The notes beneath the pieces are model-generated. The model did no database searches. It was not told where the DNA came from and was given only the letters and a program-made list of their open reading frames with translations. This document shows, piece by piece, positions 14,833 through 25,385 of a stretch of DNA of 64,000 nt. Made by a program: the position numbers and the translations under genes. The stretch lies in contig NC_090294.1 in NCBI RefSeq assembly GCF_037392515.1, positions 7,329,870 through 7,393,869 of the forward strand, given 5' to 3'. How positions within the stretch are numbered: position 1 is the first letter of the stretch; each line of letters opens with the position of its first letter. Source of the DNA: Haliotis asinina (Eukaryota).

Positions 14833-15162
14833 TTAAAATGGGATAAGGAGTGAAATTATGTATCGCGAAATACCTTTTCCTAATCCGATTCCATATCCTG
14901 GCATTCCGTAGAAACCACCGTAGCCTCCATACAGACTTCCCAGGCCGTATCCGTATTTGCCTCCATACAGACCGCCCATTCCTCCGTACGGGCCATAGCC
15001 GTAGCCTCCGTAAAAACCTCCGTGCATTGCACCTATTCCGTAGCCTAATACGCCAGCTCCTCCAAACAACCCACCCATTCCATGTGCTCCATACAGACCG
15101 GTTGGTTCAGCGAAGGCGGTAACAGCCAAGCAGACAACAAGGACGGCGACAATCTTCATCAT
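14833..15162 (-). CDS. Secreted Gly/Tyr-rich protein, array copy 5 (identical protein)
   Basis: ORF 14833..15276(-) has an identical translation. Confidence 0.7.
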   Translation of the reverse strand: MMKIVAVLVVCLAVTAFAEPTGLYGAHGMGGLFGGAGVLGYGIGAMHGGFYGGYGYGPYGGMGGLYGGKYGYGLGSLYGGYGGFYGMPGYGIGLGKGISRYIISLLIPF

Positions 15163-18012
15163 TTTGAGTATCTGTTCAGTAACATGAAAATCATCTTCAT
15201 GACAGGGAAACAACATGTTATCATTACTCGTCTGGAGATTTTTCTCCACGGCACACGTGATCAATGATATTATCATGTTTTATTTCACAAGCAACCACAT
15301 ATTTCCACACTGACAAGAACGGTAAATAGCACTTACACAGTCACAGTTTACTGAATTGGATCAATGTAAAAGTTGAGAAAGTAGAGGTGTGCAGCAAAAG
15401 AATGAAAACGTCAGACTGCACATGCTTACCACAGGCAAACCTTGAAATGGTACTTACAATTTGGTCTGAAGACGTAACTGTGTCCTAGCAGTTGATGAAG
15501 AAAGAGATGATAGAATATTTTTCCCCTTACCTTTATATATACAATTTGTGAACTACATGTGATTGATTTACCTTAGGTTGGCCACTTCCAGGTAAGCAAC
15601 ACACCTAAATGTTAATGATGTGAACTGACCATTCTTTTCGCCTCAAATGACTTGCCTCAGGTTATCACCCTAAGGCTATACATGTGTGCTGGTGTACTTG
15701 AACATTCATAAAGGAAGTAGAGGGTGGTATATAATAGGGTGTAGGTCTCTCTTCGTATATCTTTTTCATCTCTCTTTGGCATGTTTTAACTGCATTTAGA
15801 AAACAAATAACTTGCAGGTACTCAACTTTGAACCAGTATTAGGCCAATAGTCGTTTAACAGCTGTCTATCCATTACACTTGGGATGGAGCAATGTAGATC
15901 AGACATTATGACATATCTGCCTGAGACGAAATTACGAAAGACGGGAAAACTGACACAACGCACGAGCACAGGATCGGCACACAGCAGCAATGTCACTGTT
16001 ACAAGGGGTTGCTATATACACATGTATGTGTAATACTGCAGTCTGTCCACGTGATGACCGCCTGCTTAATAGACTGATGAAATCTCCCAATAGCATGACA
16101 TTCTCTCCGAATGTTAACATTATCACCACACTTAAACTAAAAACTACAATAACGTCATTTCCCAGAAGGTATATGCATATACTAGTGCCTTTTCACAAAG
16201 GGATTGTAACTATCAATTGTCACAGCACGTATTTATCGCTTACAAACTAAGCATGGTTGTCTTCGGAAAACACGATAAGGTTTCCCTCATGAACTACAGC
16301 ATGTTCCCTCGTATTTGTAGACTTTCCTTTGCATGTGTTTCTGATTGCTGTAGCAGAGGGTTAGCATACACGTCCCTCCTTCGCCAGCACGTTGTGTCAT
16401 CCCTATTTGATAGCAAGGCATGCACACATCCCTAGGATATAACACAACCGTACAGTGGACTCTGCCTGTAGTGCCAATTCCTGACAGTTACACAAAGGAT
16501 TGGGTCGCTTTACTTGACAGCTATTTTCTTTCAAGCAACTCTCCATTTCTTAATATCACCTTTCTGAGGAAGCAGAATTCACTTATCATAAAGGCAACAA
16601 TAGTACTGAAACATATACTGGTTACTAAGCAAGACACCAGGTGCTAGCCAACAATTTCTAGTTGTAAATATTTGTTAGATGTTTCACGACCTTTCCATTC
16701 GGTCTTCCTTGTTCCAAACTGAAGGAATATTGTCTTTGGATAATTGGATAATGTCTCAACAAATGCTACAATGCAGTGTATATTTGCATGGCTACAGCAA
16801 GTTTTAATCACTGTTGCAAGTGATTCACTTCAATAAGTTTTGGGCTTCAAGCGAATGTTTGAAAACAAACAGCAGTAGGAAGAAGAAGTAGAAAACTCGA
16901 CTTTATCCTTCACACAAGCCCTTTGCATGATGAAAACAGTCTTCAGTGTGTTCACAGATAATGTTACCCTTGCGTTCAAATCAATCAAGAACTTTATTAC
17001 ATGTCTACCATATCCGATCGGAAACACCCAATTACCGTCTGATTTGATAAATATATACGTTTTGATAGAGATAAATACGTCTCCTGTTAATGAGAGCAGC
17101 GGAATACAAACGGTTATTATATATCATGAAATCTGGAAGCAAACTTCCCCAGTAGTGTACAAAATGCTTGATATTTTCATCAAGTGTTATCGACTATTGA
17201 TAGCATGGTAAATACAACTTTAGTAGTATGTAGTAACTTATGATTCTAGGCTTTTCGTTATGTTTATATGATAAATAAACCGACGGAATGTGCTACAGTA
17301 ACTTCTGATTGTAGACCTTTTCACTTGGAACGGGATACTCACTTGCATTCGAATCGCATACTGTGCACAATGGCTACTACTAAAGATTTCATGCACATGA
17401 AGATGCACACATGACTCAACTCCGAGTATTTTCGGATTTCACAATGACATCACCGAAGCCCTTCGTGGCAGCACAAATGATATATTTGCATGAGAGATGG
17501 AACCGAATAAGAGATGGCATGTAGGAAATATATGTGAAGCCTTCAATACCCCTATCATATTCAGTCTCATTTCTCCAGGAAATTCGAAGCACATTTTATA
17601 ACTTGCCGCCAGTGCTTGCAGCAAAACTGATTACCAGTTAAATATTTGGATGTAGTGGAACGTTTTGTAAACGTTGAATTTAGTTTTATGATTTTCAAAC
17701 AAAGCACAAATCGTTTGTATTTTAATTTTTATTGAACCAGTTGTATTGTCATGAGTATACAAAATAAGGAGTAATAAGTTCTCTTCACACTGCAGGTGAC
17801 AGTAACTCAGTAATAGCCGATTCCTGAAACAGAAAGGGTAGTTACATGTAAAATAGGGATTTACGGAAAAGTAACATGGAAATGTTGAAACTATCCCAAG
17901 CATTTCAAACAGCTGACGACAGTTTGAAAGATGTTTATCAGCTGAAAATATCGTATTTGCGTAGAATAATAATAAAGACATGTGTACATGATGTTATTCA
18001 ATAAAGTGAAGT

Positions 18013-18342
18013 TTAAAATGGGATAAGGAGTGAAATTATGTATCGCGAAATACCTTTTCCTAATCCGATTCCATATCCTGGCATTCCGTAGAAACCACCG
18101 TAGCCTCCATACAGACTTCCCAGGCCGTATCCGTATTTGCCTCCATACAGACCGCCCATTCCTCCGTACGGGCCATAGCCGTAGCCTCCGTAAAAACCTC
18201 CGTGCATTGCACCTATTCCGTAGCCTAATACGCCAGCTCCTCCAAACAACCCACCCATTCCATGTGCTCCATACAGACCGGTTGGTTCAGCGAAGGCGGT
18301 AACAGCCAAGCAGACAACAAGGACGGCGACAATCTTCATCAT
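18013..18342 (-). CDS. Secreted Gly/Tyr-rich protein, array copy 6 (identical protein)
   Basis: ORF 18013..18456(-) has an identical translation. Confidence 0.7.
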   Translation of the reverse strand: MMKIVAVLVVCLAVTAFAEPTGLYGAHGMGGLFGGAGVLGYGIGAMHGGFYGGYGYGPYGGMGGLYGGKYGYGLGSLYGGYGGFYGMPGYGIGLGKGISRYIISLLIPF

Positions 18343-19080
18343 TTTGAGTATCTGTTCAGTAACATGAAAATCATCTTCATGACAGGGAAACAACATGTTA
18401 TCATTACTCGTCTGGAGATTTTTCTCCACGGCACACGTGATCAATGATATTATCATGTTTTATTTCACAAGCAACCACATATTTCCACACTGACAAGAAC
18501 GGTAAATAGCACTTACACAGTCACAGTTTACTGAATTGGATCAATGTAAAAGTTGAGAAAGTAGAGGTGTGCAGCAAAAGAATGAAAACGTCAGACTGCA
18601 CATGCTTACCACAGGCAAACCTTGAAATGGTACTTACAATTTGGTCTGAAGACGTAACTGTGTCCTAGCAGTTGATGAAGAAAGAGATGATAGAATATTT
18701 TTCCCCTTACCTTTATATATACAATTTGTGAACTACATGTGATTGATTTACCTTAGGTTGGCCACTTCCAGGTAAGCAACACACCTAAATGTTAATGATG
18801 TGAACTGACCATTCTTTTCGCCTCAAATGACTTGCCTCAGGTTATCACCCTAAGGCTATACATGTGTGCTGGTGTACTTGAACATTCATAAAGGAAGTAG
18901 AGGGTGGTATATAATAGGGTGTAGGTCTCTCTTCGTATATCTTTTTCATCTCTCTTTGGCATGTTTTAACTGCATTTAGAAAACAAATAACTTGCAGGTA
19001 CTCAACTTTGAACCAGTATTAGGCCAATAGTCGTTTAACAGCTGTCTATCCATTACACTTGGGATGGAGCAATGTAGATC

Positions 19081-20115
19081 AGACATTATGACATATCTGC
19101 CTGAGACGAAATTACGAAAGACGGGAAAACTGACACAACGCACGAGCACAGGATCGGCACACAGCAGCAATGTCACTGTTACAAGGGGTTGCTATATACA
19201 CATGTATGTGTAATACTGCAGTCTGTCCACGTGATGACCGCCTGCTTAATAGACTGATGAAATCTCCCAATAGCATGACATTCTCTCCGAATGTTAACAT
19301 TATCACCACACTTAAACTAAAAACTACAATAACGTCATTTCCCAGAAGGTATATGCATATACTAGTGACTTTTCACAAAGGGATTGTAACTATCAATTGT
19401 CACAGCACGTATTTATCGCTTACAAACTAAGCATGGTTTCCCTCATGAACTACAGCATGTTCCTCGTATTTGTAGACTTTCCTTTGCATGTGTTTCTGAT
19501 TGCTGTAGCAGAGGGTTAGCATACACGTCCCTCCTTCGCCAGCTTGATATTTTCATCAGGTGTTATCGACTAATGATAGCATGGTAGATACAACTTTAGT
19601 AGTATGTAGTAACTTATGATTCTAGGCTCTTCGTTTTGTTTGTATGATAAATAAACCGACGGAATGTGCTACAGTAACTTCTGATTGTAGACCTTTTCAC
19701 TTGGAACGGGATACTCACTTGCATTCGAATCGCATACTGTGCACAATGGCTACTACTAAAGATTTCATGCACATGAAGATGCACACATGACTCAACTCCG
19801 AGTATTTTCGGATTTCACAATGACATCACCGAAGCCCTTCGTGGCAGCACAAATGATATATTTGCATGAGAGATGGAACCGAATAAGAGATGGCATGTAG
19901 GAAATATATGTGAAGCCTTCAATACCCCTATCATATTCAGTCTCATTTCTCCAGGAAATTCGAAGCACATTTTATAGGTTGACAGCAGTCGCCACACTTA
20001 CAGCAGTGTCACTGTTATAACGGGTTACTTTGTACACATCTATGTGTAATACTGCTGCCTGTCCATGCGATGACCGCCTTTTGAAATATCCCAATAGCTT
20101 GATATTCTCCCTGAA
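19081..20115. repeat. Degenerate 7th array unit / array boundary: unit positions 1-357 intact, then a 24-bp deletion flanked by ggtt microhomology (at about 19438), a ~780-bp deletion (junction cagc|ttga at about 19548), unit about 1268-1712, then an about 80%-identical fragment of unit 65-235
   Basis: Direct alignment by eye against the unit. Unit sequence ends at cacattttata and re-enters a diverged copy of the unit start (ggttgacagcagtcgccacacttacagcagtgtcactgttataacggg...). This copy lacks the Gly/Tyr ORF. Confidence 0.85.
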
Positions 20116-20400
20116 TGTTAAAGATCACACATACTCTAGTTCAAATATAAAGTACAAGTACAAATATAAAGTACAAATAGTACAAATATAAAGTCACTTG
20201 CTGACATCGCTATAAATGAAACCGAACCATTAAAACTACTCATTTCGACCTTAAATTAACTTATATCGACCTTTTTGTCAGCAGTGCACAATTCCCAGCC
20301 GCGAACGAAATTTCAACCAATCAGAGCAGCGCGTCTCCGTGAGGTAATTGTAGGTATGTAGAAATGAGGGTCTGTGCAGTATTCATCTACATTTCAGGGG

Positions 20401-21569
20401 TTAAAGGTCACATGCAACGTAAAACACAACTTTGCAGATTCTGATACCTTTAGGTGTGCACTTACCGAAACAAATCATGAAAAGTGCCAATTCAGTTTAT
20501 AAGGTTGAAAAAAACGCAGTGAAAAAAAACCCGCGAAATCAAACGATTCACTAAATTCCCCCCAGCGCTGGGGGGAAAACTGGTTTCAACAGCTGTGCTG
20601 CGCTACGTCCATAACGCATGCGCAGTGAATAGGTTCGCGGAGCTTGAAACAGTATGCATGCCCAGCGTCTGAGGTCGTGAACAGTAGTCTAATCTTGGTT
20701 GTGTACACAAACAAGTAAATAATCTACTCGTTAAGTAAAAAAAACTTGTTGATTGTGGTAAGCAGTCTCTGTCACAGAGAAAGCTCAGTGTCTGGTTTAT
20801 TCACACCTATATGTCTGTCTGCCTGTCTGCTAAAGACAACATGCAATACACAGCTTCAATCATTGACAACGTGCAATATAAGGCTATACGCCATAAACAA
20901 AACTGATTTATGACTCGTGAACCCGAGTCCAGTCTCTGCCACATTATGTATTTAGGCAGGTGTGATACTTGTTCACATGACAAGTTTTTATGTCTGTGGG
21001 TTGCAAACAAACTACATCCATTTTTTCGGATGACTGGATTTGACGGAAACTGGTGCAAACTCTTTCAAGTCCTGCTTTGTACTTGGACGAATGACACTTT
21101 CCAGTCACGCAGTAGTTCACCATATCTACCGAGATGATTTTTGATTTGATCGAAATCAAATTCAGAGAACGTGTATTTACAAAACCCAACATCTCTATAT
21201 ACATTCTCTAGGGATAACAACTTATTCTAGTGTAAATGATTTTGTTTGACGACAACGGTATATGAATCCATACTGAAACGATGCATCAAGTACAATAAAA
21301 GAAGTTGTTATCAGCAAATGAACCAGCCAATCGGAAGCCGTCGTTACACTTGAGTGCATATCCACCCGCTATGACTGGGTTCGGTCTCCTGAGGGCTTCG
21401 TTTCGAGGGAAGTTAGGCCAAGTACAAAATATTGCACTTTTGAATCGCGATTGTACGCTTATAATTTTGTTTATTTGTTTTTTAACAAGCAGCAATGTAT
21501 ATTAGATGTCATGAATAAGTGATAATTGTGTTTTAATTGTTTGATTTTTTGGTTGCATGTGACCTTTAA
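20401..21569 (+). mobile_element. Non-autonomous TIR DNA transposon (MITE-like, about 1.17 kb), copy 1; termini TTAAAGGTCACATGCAACG ... GGTTGCATGTGACCTTTAA
   Basis: An 18-19-bp perfect terminal inverted repeat can be read directly. There is no transposase-length ORF. Three further copies in the window share about 80-90% identity along the whole length. Confidence 0.8.
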
Positions 21570-22539
21570 ACTATTTCATTTACAGGTTTGTACAAACCTG
21601 AAATGGCGAAAACTGTTAAGAAAATTAAAGCTATATGTTCTCACAATCTACTATCATTTAGTGTTGTCTCCTGCTTTGCCTATTTTTCAAGTTACAACCC
21701 TTGTTTTCATAGACGATTCTGTCAAAATCACTTGGTGTCGCTAGGTTGTAATCCGTGTTAGGTGGTATAAACCTACACGTTATTTGTCATCATTCGATTG
21801 ATGCTCAGTTAATGAATTTACAACAGGTATAATTAGTGGTAACACCACTTAGATAACCCGACAAAGGTCGCCATTTTGGCATTTCTTGTGTCTGGATCGA
21901 TCAAAGGATTAACCGATAACAAGCTGATTGATTAATTACTTTTATGCGGATTTAAATGGGGATTTGTCAAAAGGCAGTGTTTATGTATGTACATTTACTA
22001 ATCTATACTGAGTACACTCTGTCGTGTCTGTGTCCACGTAAAAACAACATCCTTCTTTCAAACAATTAACCGCCAATACATTGATTGATTGATTGATTGA
22101 TCATTATTGGCTAACTAAATAACTTTTTGAAAAGAATGACGCACATTATGCAATTAGTTGCCAGGTGTGCTATCTTGGGTAACCAATGAAACTATACAGC
22201 AATGTGAAAAACCTGAAACGATACATCACGTTTTCATCACGCTTTTTTAACCATTGCTTTCGTCGTTAAGTGTAATGATGCAGACGACATACACTAGGGC
22301 GTGCGTGCGAACTATGATGCATCTAGGAAAACTATGAAATGTCTACATATTACATTCCTGTTATACATTCGCAGATCGCTTCTTTTTATTAAGTTTCAAA
22401 ATAATCAAGTATGATTATAAAGTAACTGGAATTATGAGACCCAGTATAAAGGCGTATATAGACAAATGTCTACATACCGGTGACTGAACGTTACAAACCA
22501 AGTAAATTTAGCAACTGAAGAAATTTATCGCGCAGTATA

Positions 22540-23380
22540 TTCACTTCGACCCCGACCTCGCTGAGGTTATGTTACAGGTTGTGTCATGCAAACTCCTTTT
22601 GGTAATGATTCAAAATACATATTTATATAGTTATGTATATGTATATGTATTTATATAGTTGTGTATATGATTTTCTAACTTGATGAAAACAAACCATAAT
22701 CTCATCCCTATCTTGGGATGAATGCTATTTAAGTGTGTTTTCACCGACTTAGAAAAGCAAAATTACTTTCTACTGGTAGTAAAATATGTATTTTGTTGAT
22801 GGACAGTAGGATTTTGCATGACATTGCTTATAACGTAACAATTTCATTCTTGGAAGAGGTGGAGGTCAGTATAATATTGCTTGCAACATAAATGTCACTT
22901 CGACCCCCACCTTGCTTCCTTGGAAGAAGTCCTTATCTTAAAAGTTGTGTGATGCAAAATCCTTTTGGCCATGATTCAAATGCATATTTAACTACAAGTA
23001 TAAGTAGTTTTGATTTTCTAACTTGATGAAAACAAATCATAATCTCAATAATTCTAACGGACTTTAGCCCGTGACTTCACGATTTTCAAAAATGGCGGCG
23101 CCCTGTCTTGGGATGAATGCTATTTAAGTTTGTTTTCACCGACTTACGAAATCAAAATTACTTTTCAATGGTAGTAATATATGTATTTTATTGATGGACA
23201 TTAGGATTTTACATGACATTGCTTATTACATAACAATTTCACTCTTGGAAGCGGTCAATATAAGGGGTCAATATAATATTACTTACGATAATACATGTAT
23301 TGTCACTTCGACCACAACCTCGTTTCCGAGGAAGAAAGCGTTATATCCATGTAAAATCCTTTTGGTCAGCAATGTGTAGT
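22540..23380. repeat. About 350-410-bp tandem repeat, about 2.2 copies (unit begins tcacttcgacccc...; copies at about 22543, 22896, 23303)
   Basis: Recurring blocks read directly: atgaatgctatttaagtgtgttttcaccgacttagaaaagcaaaattactttc, gattttgcatgacattgcttataacgtaacaatttcattcttggaag, gattttctaacttgatgaaaacaaa. Confidence 0.7.
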
Positions 23381-23689
23381 AATCAGTCTTGATTGAAACT
23401 CGATTGAACTCGATGAAACTTGAACTTGACGAACTTCCTATACATTTTCTATACATTTAACTGAAAATCGTTCCCTCTATGACGTCACTGAACGGCAGAG
23501 GTACGTAACCTGTCTGCGGTTTCGTTTGCGGGCGTGAGAGAAGCAGACGGCTTTTTAGCAACTTTTGAGCGCTTGGTATTAATAAACCACAAGTTTTTTT
23601 CTGAAATAATGGTGTTCCGTTTATGACTAACCAGAAGTCTTTCATATGCAGTGATGAAAAGAGTACCAAAAATTGAGTTTAGTTGTTCT

Positions 23690-24864
23690 TTAAAAGGTCG
23701 CATGCAAGTAAAGCTCAACTGAGCAGATTCTAATACCTTTCGGTTTGCACAACAAATTATCAAAAAAAAAACAACAATTGAGCCTATAAAGTTGAAAAAC
23801 ACGTGATGAAAAAGCCCGCGAAGTCAGAGTTCAAACGATTCAATAAATTTCCCCAAGGGGAAAAGGTGTTTTCAGCACCTGTGGTTCGCTTTACTCATAA
23901 TACAGGGGCAGTGAATAGGTTCGCTGAGCCTGCCCGGAGTACGAGGTCGTGAGCAGTAGTCTAATCTTGGTTGTGTTACTCGTTACATAAAAAACATGTT
24001 GTAAACAGCCTCTGTCACACAGAAAGGCCAATGTCTGGTTTATTGACACCCATATGTCCGCCCTCCGGTCTGTATTAGACAATATGAAACACAGCTTCAA
24101 TCATTGACCACACGCAGTTTGAACTTAACACCTATCAGTCTATTCGCCATAAACAAAATAAACTGATTTATCACTCGTGCACCCGAATCCTGTCTCTACC
24201 ACAAATTGAAATTAGGCAGGTATGATACTTGGAACACATGACATGTTTTTATGTCTGTGGGTGTCAAAAATACATCCATTTTTCTCGGATGAATGGGTCT
24301 GACGAAAACTGGTGCAAACTCTTGTCAGTTTCGAGTCCTGCTTTTTCCTTGGGCGAATGACAGTTTCCAGTCACGCAGTAGTTCACCATCTCTGCTGAGA
24401 CGATTTTTTATTGGATCGAACGCAAATTCAGAGAACATGTATTTACAAAACCCAACGGCTCTAAATAATTCTTTATGGATAAAAACTTCTTCTAGTATAT
24501 ATGATTTTATTTGACAACGGTATATGAATCCATAATGAAACGACGCATCAAGTACACAAAAGAAGTTGTTATCCATAAAGAATATTACTTTCTTGTGACT
24601 CGCCATACTTCTAAAATGCCCATCAAACAGATCATCTTTCTGTACACACAATGACCCCACAGCGTATCAGCAAATGAACCAGCCAATCGGAAGCCGTCGT
24701 TACACATGAGAGCACTCCCACCAACTATGAATCGCGACTGTACGCTTATAAGTTGTTTATTTGTTTTGGTTTTTTTTACAAGCAGCAATGTATATTCTAT
24801 GTCATGAATAAGTGACAATTGTGTTTTAATTATATTTGATATTTTGGTTGCATGTGACCTTTAA
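23690..24864 (+). mobile_element. Same TIR element family, copy 2 (more diverged; 5' TIR ttaaaaggtcgcatgcaag, 3' TIR ggttgcatgtgacctttaa)
   Basis: Collinear similarity to copy 1 throughout, e.g. gcagtgaataggttcg, gtcgtgagcagtagtctaatcttggttgtg, ccagccaatcggaagccgtcgttacac. Confidence 0.75.
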
Positions 24865-25215
24865 GCTCTGTAAGGAATTTTATTCCCAAGACTTCAAACA
24901 CACCATTTTGCCATTCTATCTGAATGTTTTTACATAACATGTCCATGCTATTTCTCTTTGATCCAGTCCGTTTTGGTTTTGTCTTATCAATATTTATTTT
25001 ACATCCTGACATTATATAAAATATGTTAATTAGCCCCTATGCTTTGTTGATTTCCGTGTAGAAATAGTTCCGTATCGTCTGCATATTGGTTTAATATATA
25101 TTCATTATTGTCAATAACAATACCTTTTATGTTCTCATTATTTCTAATCATACAACCAAGTATTTCAGCAAGGCCTTTTAGCGCCTCTTGCGTTGGATGT
25201 ATAGGGAGCAATTAG
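24830..25215 (-). pseudogene. Non-LTR retrotransposon (LINE, CR1/L2/RTE-like) reverse-transcriptase fragment
   Basis: Minus-strand ORFs 25026..25211 (...IKGIVIDNNEYILNQYADDTELFLHGNQQSI..., with the RT YADD motif) and 24830..25012 (MSGCKINIDKTKPKRTGSK..., matching the LINE SGLKIN.DKTK motif). It is truncated on both sides. Confidence 0.6.
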
Positions 25216-25254
25216 TTAGCCATCAGTTCTAGCTGTTTGAAGTTCTCCACATTG

Positions 25255-25385
25255 ATCACTATCTACACGTCTACGTGTAATACTGCAGCCTGTCCACACG
25301 ACATACACTAGTGCCTTTTCACAAAGGCACTGCATTTGTCAATTGTCACAGCACGCACTTGTCTACTAAAGATTATACCATACTG
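25255..25385 (+). repeat. Dispersed diverged fragment of the 3.18-kb array unit (matches unit about 120-150 and about 285-350, with about 140 bp deleted)
   Basis: gtgtaatactgcagcctgtccac...actagtgccttttcacaaaggcactgcatttgtcaattgtcacagcacg matches unit gtgtaatactgcagtctgtccac...actagtgccttttcacaaagggattgtaactatcaattgtcacagcacg. Confidence 0.6.

Larger units (their letters stand above)
1..19080. repeat. Tandem array: 6 complete head-to-tail copies of a 3,180-bp unit (1-3180, 3181-6360, 6361-9540, 9541-12720, 12721-15900, 15901-19080); array is open at the window 5' edge
   Basis: Exact recurrence of agacattatgacatatctgc at 1, 3181, 6361, 9541, 12721, 15901, 19081. The six-frame ORF track repeats with period 3180 and identical translations. 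Only about 8 SNP sites differ among copies (unit positions 363, 729, 827, 1027, 1601, plus singletons at 12190, 16417, 19367). Confidence 0.97.

Noticed and set aside
1-19080. Possibility that the 6x array is an assembly artefact or a CRISPR-like array
   Set aside because: Non-nested SNPs between copies and a decayed 7th copy argue for real DNA. The 3.18-kb unit size, eukaryotic context and the coding content exclude CRISPR. Copy number still deserves read-depth confirmation.
21286-21505. Recurring 60-90-aa ORF (…RFKSAIFC.W..FPRNEAL.RPNPVIA.GYALKCN.GFRLAGSFAD) at 21286, 24585, 47069, 50330
   Set aside because: Conservation is at the DNA level because all four sit at the same place inside copies of the TIR element. 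No start/stop conservation, with frame disruptions between copies.
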